Part shown: one piece after another, positions 61,950 through 64,000 of the stretch | Layout: each line of letters begins with the position of its first letter | Numbering within the stretch: the first letter of the stretch is position 1 | Assembly: GCA_977017645.1 (NCBI GenBank) | Contig: OZ360220.1 | Coordinates: 58,652,001-58,716,000, forward strand | DNA: 64,000 nt | Reading direction: 5' to 3' | DNA from: Torpedo marmorata | Taxonomy: Eukaryota | The notes under the pieces: generated by a model | Told to the model about the DNA's origin: nothing | The model's database searches: none | What the model saw: the letters and a program-made list of their open reading frames with translations, nothing else | Position numbers and translations under genes: made by a program

Positions 61950-62717
61950 TGTGGATTGTGGAGGGTCATGTGGCCTCTCTGTCTGGAATCAGGTGGGAAT
62001 GTGGATTGTGGAGGGTCACGTGACCTCTCCGTCTGGAACCTAGTCAGAAGTCGCATCACCTGCCAATCAAGGTTGGACTCTGCCCACCCATTAGTGCACA
62101 CCTGACCATTGGCCCCTTTAATCACCTAGTGATTACCTGGGCCAGATCCTCCAGCTTACTATACTATAAAGTCCACCACGTGCAGTAGCTCTTCGGCCCT
62201 AAGACGAACCCTTCTGTGGACAATGCTGGAGAAGTCGTTGGTAAGGTGTGCACTACATAGGGATCGGGGCTGTTGTATACTGTTGTAGATTGCATCTGAG
62301 CCGTGCCCACGTTAGACAAGGAACGGCAGGTAGTGTATTGTAGTCCTTGGTTGTGATAAGTCTGTATAAACAGTTGCTAGTATCGGTAGTATTAGTTCGA
62401 TGTGACTGGGTGGTACTGAGCTTGAAAGAGTGTAAGCAATTACTCGTGTTAAGTCCAGTGTGACTGGTTGCACTGTGTTGTGTGATTGAGAATACTTGCG
62501 TGTGTTATCCCTGTTCCGATCCCCTCACGTGTGTTTCAATTAAGTTTATTTCTGCATTCAGCCTGCTATTCTTTGAACCCACCGAACTTTTCCCTTCCCA
62601 CACAACAGAGGGGGTGGAACATAAAGTCATTAAGGTTAGCAGTTGACGAGTGCAGAAGCTGAGGGAGGAAAGGAGGACTGGACTCAAGGCATGATGGGAG
62701 TTGGGAGTTTTGCCACA
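61950..62717 (+). mobile_element. Possible LTR
   Basis: TGTGG...CCACA termini, purine-rich tract upstream, two ~39-bp direct repeats (61950, 62000), TATA box at about 62165; no TSD or second copy seen. Confidence 0.4.
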
Positions 62718-62779
62718 ATGGAAGGTAACATAAATATAATAAAGAATATTACCCTAGACCACAATGAATTAAAGTGAAC

Positions 62780-63130
62780 CAATATAAAACTATGAAAAGC
62801 ATAGATAAGGTAAATAGTCGTGGTCTCTTTCCCTGGGAAGAGGGGTCTAAACGAAGTGGCATAGATCTAAGGTGAGAGGGGGAAGATTTAAAAGGGACCC
62901 AAGGGGTAACTTTCTTGCACAAAGTGTGGTGTGTACTGTATGTGGAACGAGCTGCAAGAGGAAGTGGTAGAGGCGGGTACAATTACAATGTTTGAAAGAC
63001 ATTTAGACAAGTACATTGACAGGAAAAGTTTAGAGGGATATGGGTCAAACAGAGGCAAATGCAATTTGCCTGGCATGGACAAGTTATCTGAAAGATCTGT
63101 TTCCATGCTGTAAAACTCTATGATTCTGTG
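62780..63130 (+). mobile_element. Degenerate CR1 3' fragment
   Basis: WNELQEEVVEAGTITMFERHLDKY. Confidence 0.65.
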
Positions 63131-64000
63131 ACTCTATATGCATTGTGTAGTAACTTAAAATTATTCTTCAGATTCATGCATTCAATATTAATTAAGCCAT
63201 TTTAAGTTAGCAAATGCCCATGAGATTACTGTCAATCCATCAAAAGAATATCTCCATATCTAAACTGGAGAAATTAATATGATAATCCAATTAAGAAATG
63301 AGATATCATGAATTGTCATTTTGTGATAGTTTAGTAGCTGCAAACAACGAGAGTTTGGAGGAAGTCAGTGGGTCGGGCAGCATCCATGGAGAGAGATGGT
63401 CAGTCAATGTTTCAGGTCAGGACCCTTGATCAAGACTGAAACAGTGACACACCATTTCTCTCCACGGTTGCTATTCCCTAGCCTCCCATTGTTTGCTCAT
63501 AGATTCCAGCATCTGCATTTCTCACATTTCTTTTGTGATAGTTTACTGTTTACTTGGCAATCACATGGATCTAAATTAGGAAACAATTCATTGGTAAGGA
63601 TCAGATTCACTTCTACCACTGTGCTTCAATGTAACAACTACACCATTAAAATACAATACTCTTGGTCACAATAAAGGAGGATAGTATGTTTGGATCATCA
63701 TGACAATGCTGAAACACAAAGCACAGAGTGGAATAACATTGTTGGATAATTCAAATTTTAAATACAATCATGAAATTGCCTTGTTTACTGTAAGATGAAT
63801 TCACTGTTTTAATTCACCTCACTCAGGAGCTGAGCATCTATAGTTTAGAAGTGATTTTGTGGAGGATCAACAAATAATGATGGAACCAAGTTTTGTTTAC
63901 ATAAATGAGGCATTTTAACTGCACAGGCCAGAGAGGACTTATAGGTCACATTTACAAGTAATAGAAAGCCAGAAGGGTGTTAAATATTATCCCAAAGAAT

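Noticed and set aside
63600-63730. Minus-strand polypyrimidine acceptor (TTTGTGTTTCAG) as a host exon
   Set aside because: Stops in all frames within about 65 nt and no good donor

Overview
Eukaryotic, repeat-rich vertebrate DNA. The repeat set (AT-rich L1, esterase-type CR1, Rex1/Babar, Penelope-like elements, V-SINE-type SINEs) suggests a cartilaginous fish, which is an inference. One host gene crosses the window on the minus strand. I reconstructed 11 phase-consistent coding exons by hand (57127 down to the stop at 6341; 1870 nt, about 622 aa). They encode the C-terminal WD40 region of a probable NACHT/WD-repeat (NWD1/NWD2-like) protein; its 5' exons were not found in the window. One intron needs a GC-AG donor. 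Nearly all other long ORFs are transposon-derived: a CR1 5' end, two Gypsy elements, four L1 insertions, four Rex1/Babar copies, a pogo transposon split by an L1, Tigger and hAT MITEs, solo LTRs, SINEs and Penelope-like fragments carrying hammerhead-ribozyme-like motifs. The most unusual items are a 5'-inverted (twin-priming-like) L1 with a large target deletion, a four-level nested insertion, a tRNA-Ala/SINE composite inside a single target-site duplication, asymmetric divergence of paired LTRs, and the conserved hammerhead-like motif. I cannot show a new biological system from sequence alone; these are candidates to test.
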